Assembly (NCBI RefSeq): GCF_001194135.2
Contig: NC_068981.1
Location: 66,245,951 to 66,301,607 of the forward strand
Length of the DNA stretch: 55,657 nt
DNA from: Octopus bimaculoides
Taxonomy: Eukaryota
Direction of reading: 5' to 3'
Shown here: positions 25,861-39,287 of the stretch, piece after piece
How positions within the stretch are numbered: position 1 is the first letter of the stretch
Layout of the letters: every line of letters begins with the position of its first letter
Notes under the pieces: generated by a model
What the model saw: only the letters and a program-made list of their open reading frames with translations
Databases searched by the model: none
What the model was told of the DNA's origin: nothing
Translations under genes and position numbers: made by a program

Positions 25861-27022
25861 AATTATTATCATTATTCTCTTTATCACGGGTTTTGTCGGC
25901 GCTCCTGGAGTCTTACATGCAGAGCGCGCTTGCTACCTGCAGCCTACAGTACCATACTATCCATTCTTTTCCGCTATCTAATATTTTCCTGATTATTCTG
26001 GCCGTGCCAAGGAAGCAAACTTTTTGTAACAGCCCTACTGGACACTCTATTCCAGTTTCCTTTATATTCCCCTTGATTGCCTTCTGATACTATTCCCAAG
26101 GACCCAACAATAATTGGTACTATCCTCACCATCTTTATTTCCCATAGTCGGGTTATTTCGTACTTAAGTTGGTTGTATTTATCTGTCTTTTCGCTTTCCT
26201 TCTTGACTATTCGTGGGTCAAAGGGGCATGTAACATTAACTATGTAGCACAAGTGCTGCATATTGTCCACCACCACCAGGCCCGGTCTGTTATACTCTAG
26301 TACCTAATCTTCTTGGACTGGGAAATCCCAGAGGATCATTCTCTGCGGTTTGTGCTCATACCACGTCTTGGCTCTCTCTAGCCCCCACTTTTCGCACAGT
26401 TTTCAATGTCGCACTTTCGCTACATAATTGTGTCGCTACAACTTGTATTGGTTCGAGGCAAGTCTAGGGTATTCGTTCGTGATATGGGCAATGGTTTCAT
26501 CCACTTTATTGTAGATGCGGCACAGCGGAGCCACTTGCTCATTCCTAAGGTTGACCCTCCAGTTCGTGACCAAGGCTTGGTCTTGCGTTGCCAGTATAGC
26601 GCTCTCGGTCCCTTTTTTTAGTATTCCTTTCATCAGTCAATCCCACCTATTTTTTCCAGCAACTTCTGTTGTAGCTGCATGAAATTGATTGTGTAGTCCC
26701 TTCTTGCGTGATTCTTCTTCATGTCCTTTTTCTACTTCTTCCTTTGTTTTCCCCTTTTTCTCTGCTCTCAATACTCCATCGTTCCTAATTGTCACTAGCA
26801 AGGTTTCCTTACTTTCTGCTAGGTATCTCATTAACCTCTCGAGTTCGATACGCACGCAGTCTTCCATATTTATCAGTTTCCTTCCTTCATTTGCTCTCTT
26901 CATGTATAGACAATCAATATCTGCACGTGGATGATGGGCTCCATGAATCGTTAGGAGCTTTCTTGACTTCCTGTCCACTCCTTTAGCTCCTCCTCTGTCC
27001 ACTTCAGGATTCCAGCGCCATA
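25861..27022 (-). mobile_element. R4/Dong-clade LINE, 5'-truncated, in (TAA)n context
   Basis: YGAGILKW..RKLLTIHGAHHPRADIDCLYMKRANEGRKL..TESAILATQDQAL..PLCRIYNKVDETIAHI..RHNYVAK..CYIVNVTCPFDPRIVKKESEK..IVPIIVGSLG. TAA-rich tail at 25861-25876 and (TAA)n at the 5' junction. Confidence 0.92.
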
Positions 27023-27044
27023 TTATTATTATTATTAATTATTA

Positions 27045-27175
27045 TTCGCCGAGGTCGACTTTGCCTTTCATCCTTTCGGGGTCGATGAAATAAGTATCAG
27101 TTATGCACTGGGATCAATATAATCGATTAGTCCTCTGCTCCCCAAAACTTTTCAAGGCCTTGTGCCCAGAGTAGA

Positions 27176-27211
<36 letters not shown>

Positions 27212-27710
27212 TATAATTATAATTATTATTATTATTGGCAAGCTGGTAGGATCCTCAGAACATCGGAAAATGCATTGCGAACTCAAATTCCACCGTGGTT
27301 GACTTTCATTCTTTTGTGGGGTCAGTAAAATAAAGTGCAAGTCAAGTACTGGAGTCGATGGTGTCGATGACTCTACTCGAAAAATTTCAGGCCTTGTACC
27401 TAAAGTAGAAAGGACTATTATTACAGCCAGAAGTTATGGATTTTATCTTTCCCATGTGATTTCCATTTATTAGTAGTAGTAGCATTATTAAGGTGGCAAG
27501 CTAGCAGAATAGTTAGCATGGCGGACAAAATGCTTAGCGACATTTCGTCCCTCATTACGTTCTGAGTTCAAATACTGCGAGGTCGACTCTGCATTGCATT
27601 CTTTCGGGGTCGATAAAATAAGCACCAGTCGAGTACTGGGGTCCATGTAATCGACTAATTCCTCTCTCAAAATTTCAGGCTTTGTGCCTACAACAGAAAA
27701 GATTATTATT
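27045..27710 (+). mobile_element. Three head-to-tail family A SINE copies (27045-27175, 27236-27420, 27490-27710) separated by (AAT/ATT)n
   Basis: Repeated GCCGAGGTCGACTTTGCCTTTCATCCTTTCGGGGTCGAT bodies and GGCAAGCT(G/A)G heads. Confidence 0.85.
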
Positions 27711-27744
27711 ATTATTAATTATTATTATTGCTAGTGGTAGTAGC

Positions 27745-27815
<71 letters not shown>

Positions 27816-28289
27816 AACAACTAGTTGTTGTTTATGACATATATATGTGTGTGTGTATATATATATATATATATCAAGGGATTCCTTTCTTACATCACAA
27901 AGGATTAGGTACATTATGGAAGACACGCATACAGATTTTTCAGATTAACTACTGCTTTGTAAAGAACGATCTTACAACATTTATAGAGATGAGTAATGCG
28001 ATTATCTAGAATGTGTCTCTCAGTAACCTCTCGATGCTTTTACAAATTGATTGTGCAAAATTTCTGATGTACCAATTACAAATAGGATTATGGATACATT
28101 TCTCACATGTCATAATTTCAATTCAATATCTATATCCGTGTAATTTCTTAATTTTTCAGCGCGTACTTCTTGTACAATGTTTAAGTTGATATCGTTGCAT
28201 CAATTATTAAAACACTATTGTTATATCTGTCAGGGGTAATTATGTCAGTATAATATCATAATTGGTTTGCTTTGTTCTATAGGAAAACG

Positions 28290-28548
28290 GCCATTTAATT
28301 ACGTCCTTTTACATTTTGAGTTCAAAACCCGTCGAGAGCATCTTTTGCCTTTTATGCTTTCGGGATCAATAACACAAGTATCAATACAGCACTGGGATTA
28401 ATTTAATTAACACACATTAAAAAAAAAAAACTTATGAACTTGTTCAAATAATGGAAACACGTTGCTGCTTCCTTTTATATTTCCTCTTTGTACTGTTCCC
28501 AACGTTTGATTCCTATTGATCAATAAAAGAAATCCTCAAATTGTTGCG

Positions 28549-28592
<44 letters not shown>

Positions 28593-28760
28593 GACGCTGG
28601 GCGAAATGCTTAGCGGTATTTCATCTGCTGCTACGTTCTGAGTTCAAATTCTGCCGAGGTCGACTTTGTTTTTCATCCTTTCGGGGTCGATAAATTAAGT
28701 ACCAGTTACGCACGGGGGTCGATGTAATCGACTTACACCCCTCCCCCAAATAAGTGGGTA
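28290..28760 (+). mobile_element. Two family A SINE copies (decayed 28290-28450; 28590-28760)
   Basis: ACGTTCTGAGTTCAAATTCTGCCGAGGTCGAC body following (ATT)n. Confidence 0.8.
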
Positions 28761-28789
28761 GAGAGTTTCTTTGTAATATTTTTCTTCAA

Positions 28790-30500
28790 GTGAAAATAAT
28801 TTCATGATTCTTTATAACTCTCTCTTTTGTCAATCGTTTTAGACTCCTTTGCCATTCACTCATGAATTGTTTAATGTATCTGCTGATTTTTGGTGCTGTC
28901 TTACTTTTGGCTGCTATTTCCACGATCCTTGTATGAGGAACACTGTCGAAAGGCTTATAGCAGTCGATCAATGCATGCTCATATCTTTTTCCTACAGTCT
29001 TCGGTTATGACTTTTGATCAGCATCCCTTCGGCTCTTCCTGAAACAGGTTTTTCTTTTCAGTATATTATTAAGGTTTTGTAATCTGTAGCAAGGCATATC
29101 ATGAGTCTGTAGCTTTTAGAGTTTGTCGTTCCTTTCATCTTAGAAATGAAGAGAAAATTCCCATCACTGAGTCAGTTAGACATTTTTATGTTTCATGCGT
29201 AAACATCTTAGTAAACACCTTTGTTAAATATTTTTATCAGAAGCTTCGGATATTATCACTTTCCGGTGCTTTCCAGTTATTTAGTTTTTGAAGTGTCAGG
29301 GTTACTTTTCGATGTTTACAAGACCTTTCACGATTGTTCAGTCGTAGTGTTTGTTGTTTTGAACAATCTACTCTGTAACTATTCCCTCTGTGTTCATATA
29401 TCTCTTCAAAATTCTTTTACTTCTCTTGATACTGTGCTGCAATGATTTCTATCATATTTTACCTAAATCTCGATAAAATCGTTTCATTAGATTCGAACTG
29501 TTTATCTTCTTCAAAGGATCGTTGTTGTTTTCATGGTGACAGATTATTTGCGATATTGCGAGGATCTCTTGTTTAAGGTGTTCTTTGATTTCGAGTATCT
29601 TTTGATGTTTTTTTTTCTTTTTGTTATCTCTGTAGATTTCTATGTCCTTTTTTTTTTCTTGTTGTCTTTATTCGTTATTGATTTCATTCAGAATCGGGAG
29701 ATTTTTCTTCAATTTTTTTAATGTTTTTGTATGTTCGTTTTCCATGTTGATGTTCTTATATGAATAGATCAGAAGAAATACTCACTCACCTTTGTAAATA
29801 GTTTGATCACTACTTATATTATATCGTTTAATCTGTTGATACAGATGTTAGTGTTTATTTCTATCAAGTGCGTGATAGCCGAGTTTAGGGGATTTATTTT
29901 TGTTATTGCTCTTTTGCTGAATTGTATCCTCGAATAGCACTTTCATTAGTGCATAGGAAGAGCTTCTAGTGTTTTTACATCTTTATTTTCATCTTCAGGT
30001 TATTGCCATGTTCATAGTTCCTGTCTTTAGAAGTTACCACTCTTCTTAAAACTCCTTTGAATTCCCTTTTGTTCCTATTTTTGCTTCTGTTTTTCTGATT
30101 CGGATTATGTTTGTTAATAGGTATCTAGGAATTAAACTGTCGTATTTTGTTATTTACTTTGATGTACACTTGTTAGCTTCAGCTTAGCGGTTTTCGTTTC
30201 CAATCATGTGATTTTTTTGTTAGATTTCTTTTGTCTTTTGACGTATATTCTTTCTTTTAGGTGTTCTATTTAAATGTCTGACATTTTTAAGCTCTGATAA
30301 TATATCTTCTTAATTCAACAAAGCTGTTCAGAACTAATATTATGTTTTGATTATTTTCTCTCCAAATTAAATATAAGAATATTTGAATTAAAATATTTGA
30401 TAATAGTTTCGTTATCTTTTACTAATGGTAGATTGTAGCTGTAAAATAAGTATACTGAATAGAAACGAATACTTCTCGGATCCGTTTATGCTTTTTTCTG
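28790..30500 (-). mobile_element. Old R4/Dong-like LINE fragment (N-terminal region into RT)
   Basis: IDCYKPFDSVPHTRI resembles the R4 RT motif WIDYKKAYDSVPHSWI; YRLMICLATDYK and EEPKGC lie upstream. Strongly T-rich plus strand is consistent with an A-rich coding strand. Boundaries are approximate. Confidence 0.65.
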
Positions 30501-30994
30501 TTTTGCGGGATTTAAGGAGTGAGCTCTGGTCCTTTTTCAGGATTGATATCATTTTCACCGTACATCAGTTTATTTGTTTCTAGCAAACTGGAGGTTTGTA
30601 CGCTCCATTTTCGTAGTAAGTATTCCCTTTTAATCTTAGACAGAGTGATACGGTTATTCTCTGTATTATATGCCATATTTTATCTATGTGAAAGAATGGG
30701 TCTGACACTTTGTTAATTTATTTTCACGTAAATTGGATTTGTCTGGTGCTTCGTTTGACTACGTGTGATATCTAAAAGATGGCCAGTGCGAAATCTATGA
30801 TACATTAATTATATGAAGTCACTAATTTAAAAGAAACAAATCAATCTATTACTGACATACTTTTCAGCTTTTCTGTTAAGTTTACCTTGAGCTTGATTTA
30901 TTGGTATTTAATCGTCGTTAGAAGATATCTTTTATAGCAGCAGAAGAAAGGTTTACCAAGTTAAACGTATATCATGAAAGCGTCAAAAAAAGTA

Positions 30995-31630
30995 TTCCTT
31001 CCAGCTCTTTACGTTCTAAGTTCAAATTCCGCCGAGGTCGATAGAATAAGCACCAGTTGAACACTGGGATCGATGTAATCGACTTACCCATTACCCCGAA
31101 ATCGCTGGCCTTGTGCCAAAATTTGAAATCATTATTATTTTGATTCTTGCTGTTCTATTTGCGGTTGTTCCTTACTTGAAAGCAGGCAATAACAAATCAT
31201 CAAAGGTTTCAAGCAGTGCCTTCTCCTGTGACTCAAAGAGACAATACTCTCCTTAGAACGCGAGCTGTACCCAACAATGCTGCTTTCCGGATCACTTCGG
31301 GCCTGACAGCAGTTCCAATATTCTTAATATGTTTTTGGCGAGCTGCCAGAATCGTTAGCACACCGGGTAAAATGCTTAGCAGCATTTCGTCCGCCTTTAC
31401 GTTCAGAGTTCAAATTCCGCAGGGTTGACTTTGTCTTTCATCCTTTCGGGGTCGATAAATTAAATACCAGTTGAGTACTGGGGTTAATGTGAGACTATCC
31501 CCCTACCCACAAAATCCAGGGCTTGTGCCTATATTAGAAAAGATTATTATTATCATCATCAAGGCGGTGAGCTGGCAGAATAGTCAGCACGACGGACGAA
31601 ATGTTCAGGTTCAAATGCCGCCGAGGTCGA
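30995..31630 (+). mobile_element. Family A SINE cluster (30995-31135, 31335-31545, 31560-31630)
   Basis: Family A head and body motifs in each copy. Confidence 0.85.
31135..31334 (-). mobile_element. R4/Dong LINE extreme 3' fragment between two SINEs
   Basis: KHIKNIGTAVRPEVIRKAALLGTARVLRRVLSL* is a typical R4 C-terminus (QKAALLGTARILRKVL). It is followed by a 3' UTR and AATAATAAT tail. Confidence 0.85.
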
Positions 31631-31669
31631 TAATGATAATAATAATAATGATAACGGCAATGAATGAGA

Positions 31670-32070
31670 GAGCAGCGCATGCCATCAAAGTGACACTGGG
31701 GTACAAATATACGAAGCTCAATATACCCATCATGACTACTCGTCTGACAAGGGTACACCAGGCACATGCCTCACAACCATATGTGCGTGACATGGTGATC
31801 TCGTATCAAGATAAACAGTGCATGATCTTGCAGGTGGAGTCTAGTTAGAATTTTCTTCAGGTCAAGTAGCCCATCCTGCTCAAAAGGTCCCTGAATAAGA
31901 GTTGTTGAACGAAACACCCATGTTTCCAGAGGTGAATTATTCAGATCCCAAAGAATTCTTCTCAACACACGGCTATGATACTCCCCCACTACTTCTGCTC
32001 GTGATCAGATATGCACATATTGCTAGCTACTAAAGGATATGTTCAACTAGTCATGGTCAAATAGCTGTCA
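31670..32070. repeat. Unclassified GC-richer interspersed repeat
   Basis: Composition differs from its flanks and it resembles a common Octopus repeat from memory; no second copy in the window. Confidence 0.35.
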
Positions 32071-32234
32071 AGCAAATTTGTGTTATTTAGCAGAATATTT
32101 GCTGTAGCCCATTTTTTTATACCAAGACAAAACATCTATATAATAACACTTCCAATCAGAAGTCATGAGAGACAGTGACTGGTACTGCATCAGAATATTA
32201 TTATCATTATTAATATTATAATTATTGTTCCTTG

Positions 32235-35200
32235 TGTCTGAAGCTGTTGGCCGCGTGTTCGGAGGTCTCTGAAATTAAAAAAAAAACTCAAAATAACTCA
32301 AAATTTCATATTTTAAAAAGAAATCTAAACAAAATTTACAATATGGCCACGGAAATTATAACAGCGCTTTCAAAATTTTTTTCATTCCATTACCAAATAT
32401 GGTTGAGAAGGAGAGGAAGAATAGCAGCAGCAGTAGCACCAACAACAACAACACCATGAACACCGACGGAAGCATGAAGGAAGGAGCAGGCAAGAACACT
32501 AACACCGCTAGCACCACTGCCAACACGAGGACCAACCAGAGTAACAAAAATAAGCAGGAAAGTGAAAAGAAAGAACAGGAATTCTTTCACGTGAAACACC
32601 TGCAGATTTCGCCACTGCTACCACTACCAAGTCCAGCAAAGAAGAAGAAATCATTAAAGCAACAACGTCTTTACTTCTTCTAAGCAAACACAAAGCGGAT
32701 TTACCGAAATATGCCGCAGATTGGAAGAGGTGAAATTGGCTGGATAAAAAATGCATCTAACAAGAAGTGGCAGGACATTCCACCTGAATACACCAGAGGA
32801 GCTGAAGGAAGAGACACGGAGGAGAACAATAATATACAGATGTATATCATTGAAAACGCGCAAGATAGAAAGAGCCACGCAGGCTTAGGTCGAAAATGCC
32901 TGAGACCTGTATGGAACATAAAATCATATATCACACGTGGTAAAAGCTTTGGTTCGGTAGAGGTGAGGTTTTCAACAAAACAATTGGTCACAGAAAATGT
33001 CACGACAACCCTGAAGACCGAGAAATTACATGATTCCCACGTACCTTGGTCGAAGTATTGTCTGAGTGAAGGTAGCAGAGGTGCCACCAGAAATGAACAT
33101 CTCCTTGCTGGCAGCGGTTGTGTTGTACGGCATAGGAGAGGTGTAAAATCCTTGAAAGAGAGACACAAAAAAGAAAATTGGTACGGTACTGGGATGGAAA
33201 TCTTATTGCATGCGGATTTTGCAACCGCACAAGAGAGTCCAGATCTCGTCGAGCTCCCTGAAGGTTCAAAGTTATTTGTAGCAGTAGGGGGCAGAAAGCC
33301 CAGGTGCCACATCTATGGCCCTAGACAATCAAAAGAGAAAACCGCTCTGCTGCAGACACCACCAACACAACAACAACAGCAACTACAATAGTACCAGCAG
33401 AGACAGGTGGCCACTGGAACAGTGAAAGCAACAACAACATTAGCAGCAACACCAATCACAGCAGCACCGACAGCAGCAGCAGCAGCAACAATAATATGAA
33501 CAACAACAGTAGAAGCAACAACAGCAAACGAAATAAACAACTCACCAACATCTATGCTTTCCACACACACCAGACAGCAACAGAAACAACAACATCAGTA
33601 CCCCTCAAAACAAAAACAACCTTACCAACAAAGCACAACCAAAAGGCCTCACGAGATTTGCCTCTACCCTTCCCCGAACATTCTGACATGTCCTGCGCGG
33701 AGGGAGAGGAAGAAGAGCCTAAAAAGCAACAAGTCGCCAGATCTAAAGAAAAAAACAAAAGATTCACCAGCTAAAACATAAAAATCTGGCAGGTATGATG
33801 ACAGTGAGCAGACACATAACAAAACAAACACATTCCTCATTAGCAACCACACCAGTACCGTCAACAACAGCAGCGTCCCCATCAGCACCGTTACCATCAC
33901 CACAAGCACAACCCAGTTCACGCACACAACTCGCATACCCCAACACCAGCAACATACAACCATCAACTACACAGCAATAAACACAAACAATAAAGAATTA
34001 ATAGCACACATATACAACCATACAGACATCACAAACACCGATTTCATTACACCATCAAACACCACACCGCCACACATAAAATTCCTGCTAACATCACAAA
34101 AAACATACAACAAAATAAAAACAAAATATCCCGAAAGAGTTGCGGCTTTCAGGAAAGGTATCAACAAAAGACTCTACAACGAGCTGCTCGTGGAAACAAC
34201 CACAAATAACTATGGTGATGGAATAACCGTTCCCACCTCACCAACAAAATCGCAGTAAGTAGCCTGTACCTCCACCCTACATGGCTTCGCTTACGATAGG
34301 CAGTATAAATGCACGTGACCTGGGGTCACCTTGGAAGCAGGTTCATCTACTCAACGACTTCAGGTCACTAAATGTCGATGTGGCGGCCATCAGTGAAACC
34401 AGGCTCTCCGACCGACAAGCGTTCATGCTCATTTTCGGTAGATACGGCATCGATTTATCTCCATGTCGGCCGGAAATGGGAGGTAGAACTGCTGTGTTGA
34501 TCAGGAGAGGCCTGGATCTCGAGATAAAGACTATCTTCCTGGACCCCAGAAGGTACGTTGGTGGTCCTCGGTGTGAGCAGTATTGATAGGGGTGTCTTCA
34601 GGCTGGTGGCTGACTATGCTCCGACAGGAGCAGGGCAGCCGGACTTCTTCAGACGTCTGGAAGTTTTCCTGGGAACATCTCATCCTTTAGTGCTCATGGG
34701 TGACTGGGACGTTGTCTTAGAGCCACGTTTAGACTGTGTAGGGCTAGCGGATAGAGGAGGTGGGTTCAAAAGCCTCAAAAACCTGCTCAGACGTTTTCAA
34801 ACTGTCTGACAGGTACCGGCTGTATTTCCCGAATGCGCCAGTGTGGACCTGGTCTAACTGCAGCGAGTCATCCAGATCGTATTTAGATAGAATTTTCTTT
34901 AGGCCAGTAGATAAGAATAGAATAAGTTGTCCACTTTTCGCCTACACAGACCACAAATTTGTGATCTGTACGGTCAACTTAGACTACGTAGGCAGGGACC
35001 CGGTTACTGGAAGCTGAACGCCTTACTCCCGGCGTGCCAAGCTTACAGAGACCGGATTAGTGAGTTAGTTAAGCGAGCATTAACAGGGTCAATACTTAAC
35101 AATAAATGGTGGTACGCTCTGAAAAGGGCAATTAGAATAGAATCGATTAGGTGTAGCAAGGCACTAGCAATAGAAAATAATAAAATAGAGGGAAAGCTAG

Positions 35201-37590
35201 TTAAGGACTTAGAAGAGGTGCTTAAGAGAAGCATTGCAACCGACGTGCAGGCAGCGAGATTGGTTCTCGACCAATCCTTCAATGCAAAGCACAAAGGATG
35301 CATCGTCAGAGCTAAGGCACGTGCTCTAAACAACGAGGGAATTAAAGCCGCTCGATGGGCCTGAGTGACAAAGGCTCAACGTGGCAACAAAGCCACAATT
35401 CGGTCTTTGGTGGACCCAGGTGGGTGCACGATACTTCAGCCCGAGCGGATGTGTGTGGTATTTCAGCAGCATTTTACCCGACTGTTTGAGACGAGTGGCA
35501 ATCCGGAACGCCAGATGGACTTTAGTGCCTACATCGACGACATGCCACGACTCTCGTTAGGTGGGGCGAGGCGTTGCGAAATGCCGATAACAGCCACGGA
35601 AATAAGGGATGCAATGATAGGCTGCATGGCGGGTAAATCGCAGCAGAACGGGAGAATTCCTAGTTCTGTTAGCCGAGGAGTGGGTGGCACTGCTGAGAAA
35701 GGACTCAAACAAGGGGGATCAAATAGAAAATTTTCGGCCCATAACGCTGCTGAACGCAGACTTCAAAATTTTGGCCCAGGTGCTAGCGAAGAGGTTGGCG
35801 CTTGTCGTCGAGGAACTGATTGGTGACGTCATACCAAGCAGATCCATCCACGAGAACTTCCACTTCATGTGACACATCGTAGACAGGGTGGGCAATGAAG
35901 CTTGAATTGGTGAGACGTTGATAAATACTTGACAACTGTCCTCACGGCAGCCGGTTTCGGTCCTGTTTTCGGTAGCTGGATCGCAGCAATGTATAGCGAC
36001 ATCTGCTCGGTAGTTCGGGTGTATGGTTACCTGTCGAAACCATTCATCATCATGCATTCGGTCTATCAAGGGTGTCCCCTCTCGTCTCTCTTGCATGTGG
36101 TGGCTCTAGAGCCATTACCGCGGAAACTGGAGGCGCTGAGAAGACATTCTGCGCGAACTAGGATGTGGGAGAACCGTATCGGCATACGCGGACGTCACCG
36201 TCATAGTGTCGAACACCAAGCACATAGAGCTAGTCAGTATCACTCTAAAAGAATACGAAGCGGTGACAGGAGCAAAAATTAATCAGGAGAAGTCAGTGGG
36301 CCTGCAACTCGGTACCTGGAGAGGAAGGTCCATGCCTTCCAACAGCGTCCTACGACACTGGACAGAAAGACCTGTTAAATTGCTCGGGGTCTGGTTCGAT
36401 TCAGATCTCCAAGTAGAGAAGAACTGGGACGAGGTGGCGAGTAGAGTGGTCAATCTCACCCTGTATCGGTTCGAGTCTCACCAAACTGGAGCGCCTACTA
36501 TTCCGTTTTCTGTTGAAAGGACATGTTCCACTGGTCAGTCGCTCCATTTGCTGTAAACACCCGCTAAGTGGAGGGCTGGGCATGCCATGGCTGTTGATGC
36601 GCAGACTTGCACTGAGGCTGCGGAATCTCCAGCGCTTCCTAGACGGTGAGCAGGGCTGTTTGTCAGATGCGATTTCCCACAGCCTGTTTCTTTGAATGAA
36701 CTGCAGTCCTGGATCAAGCGTAGACCGAGGAAAGACGCCTGACACCTAGAATATCGTTCGTCTGTCATTCGAGCAATGCGGTCGGTGGAAATTCCACTGT
36801 GGCGTTCAATAGAGAGTCAGTGGCGGGTAAGTGCGACGACGTTCTCGGGTCGACTCTGGTCGTCGACAAGAACGAGTTGACTGGTCTGTTCTGGATAACT
36901 TTCGGGCTGAGGCCTATGGATAATTTCCAGAAATCCTTGGCCTGGCAGTGCTACCGGGGTTGGGTGGACTCTACAGGCACAGAAGTGCAGTCAGCTGGGC
37001 TTGCCCAAAATGCGCGCATAACGACGAAACCGTTCTGCACGCTCTCATCCAGTACCCGAGTATTTCTGACTTTTGGGTTTATATCGAACATCTGCTGTCG
37101 CGTGTTGGACGAATCCGGCTATCGGTTGAGTCTATTGTAAGAATAGTCCCACTGCCTTCCTTTGGCAGGGAAGAGCAGGTTGTTTTTCTTTGCCTTGTGG
37201 CCTTAGCGAAAGAGGTTGTATGATGGACCAGGTTGAAAGGGCTGAAGACGGATACTTTCCTCTTTGGCCAAGCCCTCATCAACTTTTTCAAATTTCACTT
37301 GAAAAGGAAAGTGAGGGTGGAGAGGGAAGTTCCCCCCCCCTTCCAGAAATTTTGTTAAAAGGTGGGTGAACGTCGCAAGAATGGCCCAAGTGAATAGGCC
37401 TACTCTAAGCATGCGCCTGTAGACAAAGTGGAAAGAGCACTTACCCTGGTGATCTTTGGGGGAATTTTGTTGTATTCGATTATTGTTTTTGTTTTTCACT
37501 GTTTATACGACTTTCATGTAACCCCACATTGTATTTGTCCTATGTTGTCCATAATGCTTTTTGTATGTAAACCCTTAGTGGTTAATAACG
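32235..37590 (+). mobile_element. Tx1-clade (L1 group) LINE, near full length (~5.3 kb), inactivated
   Basis: ORF1 remnant 32343-34258 with degenerate knuckle GRKPRCHIYG and a T/Q/N-rich linker. ORF2 from 34281: APE (IGSINAR, ISETR, LMGDWD, SYLDR, TDHK), GPGYWKLN, RT (NFRPITLLNADFKILA, QGCPLS, AYADV), C-terminal CPKC..ETVLHALIQYP. Multiple frameshifts and deletions. Confidence 0.93.
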
Positions 37591-37604
37591 AAATCATCAT
37601 TATT

Positions 37605-37697
37605 ATGGCGAGCTGGCAGTCATTAGCACGACGAACGAAAAGCTCAGTGACATTCCATCCGTTATTACGTTCTAGGTTCAAATTCCGCCGAGGTCAA

Positions 37698-37743
<46 letters not shown>

Positions 37744-37880
37744 ATAAGGGTGGGTGATTGGTAGAACCGGTAGAGTGTCGGCTATTATACGATACTTAGT
37801 TAAAACTCGTCTTTGATCCGTCTATAATCAATGAAATAATGAACCTGGCAGGCTAACACTTCTCGCCAAAATTTCTGGCT
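37605..37880 (+). mobile_element. Family A SINE partial copies around (ATT)n
   Basis: GGCGAGCTGGCAG head and TTACGTTCTAGGTTCAAATTCCGCCGAGGTC. Confidence 0.75.
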
Positions 37881-38266
37881 TTGTACCAGTTAGAAATAAT
37901 TAAAATCTATAGCCCAGTCATCACCCGCGAGTTAGGGTTGCTTTACAATATGTGCCATGTTTTCGTTGATTGCTTAAGGTGCTTCTATAGTCACGAGTAA
38001 ACACAGACATACTCTTGAGGCCCTCGTGGTTAATTCAACAAAGCATCGAGTATGTGATGAAGGGCTAAAGGATTGCATTAACATATGGATGGTACTTATT
38101 GCAGCTGTGAAGTACCTTGCTCAAGGTCATAATGCACCACCCATGGCAGAAATTGAACCTACGATTTTATGATCAACTGAATATTTTAATCACTAGTGCA
38201 CGCCCATTCACATAAAAAGTATTAACATCATCATCCTCAGTAGTAGTAGTAGTAGTAGTAGTAGTA

Positions 38267-38598
38267 AAAGGGTAAAGACTCCATTCGGTTACGTATGACC
38301 ATGAGATTGCACCTAGAAAATTCTCCTCCGAGGTACAAGTCTTGGTAAGATTATTTATAAAAGACCAGCAGTCACCCATGCAAACTAGCCACCCCTCTCC
38401 ACGTCACCGATATTATCCAAGGGAAAGGCAAAGGCCGATACAGCTTGGCTCGAATGACGTCGCAACTCGTTTCTATAGTTGAGTAAAGTGGAGCAGCGTG
38501 AAATAAAGTGTCTTTCTCAAGAACACAACACACACCCGGAAATAAAACTCACTACCTCATGGTTGTGAACCCGACGCTCTAACCACTGAGCCATGCAC
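38267..38598 (-). mobile_element. tRNA-derived SINE family D embedded in (AGT)n
   Basis: Minus head GTGCATGGCTCAGTGGTTAGAGCGTCGGGTTCACAACC (tRNA-like A box), then TGTGTTCTTGAGAAAGACACTTTATTTCACG. (AGT)n lies on both flanks. Confidence 0.8.
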
Positions 38599-39007
38599 TA
38601 GTAGTAGTAGTAGTAGTAGTTCGAATGTCTCATTCCCACAAAATGAAAAAAACAAGAAAGCTTGGAATTCAATGACATTAGACAAGACAGAAATATCAGC
38701 TAAGAAACATTGACACAAATTCTTAGACAACTACGTGTATCACATATGTTTGTATGCATGGATACATGTAGCTGCGTGCGTGTGTGCGTGCGTGTGTGCG
38801 TGTGTGTGTGCTTACTCAGAAGAATGTGCTATATTTAATATTACACCATTGTGCATGAGAGTTTCTAGACCGACATGTTTCATATTTAATAAGCAAACAC
38901 GGAGCCGGTAACAAACTCAACAGTTAGGTTACTTATTAAATACAGCATGCAGAACCATTGTGCAAATATTGTGTCGTGTTTACTTTGGCAACAATAAAAA
39001 TAATATG

Positions 39008-39059
<52 letters not shown>

Positions 39060-39287
39060 NNNNNNNNNNNNNNNNNNNNNNNNNNNNNNNNNNNATATAT
39101 TATAATTATAAGCATAATTATAATCATGATTATAATCAGGGGCCAGCTAATTGCTTCGCCACGCACCGAATTTAGAAATAGCAGTTAAAATACCTTTTCC
39201 GCTACCATAAATATCTCCCAGAGAGTAACACACTTTTTTTTACGTAGGCAAAGACGAAAAAATAACGAATCCACACGACTTAGATTA

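Noticed and set aside
32701-33312. 203-aa minus-strand ORF and other antisense ORFs over 32.3-37.5 kb
   Set aside because: Shadow frames of the Tx1 element.
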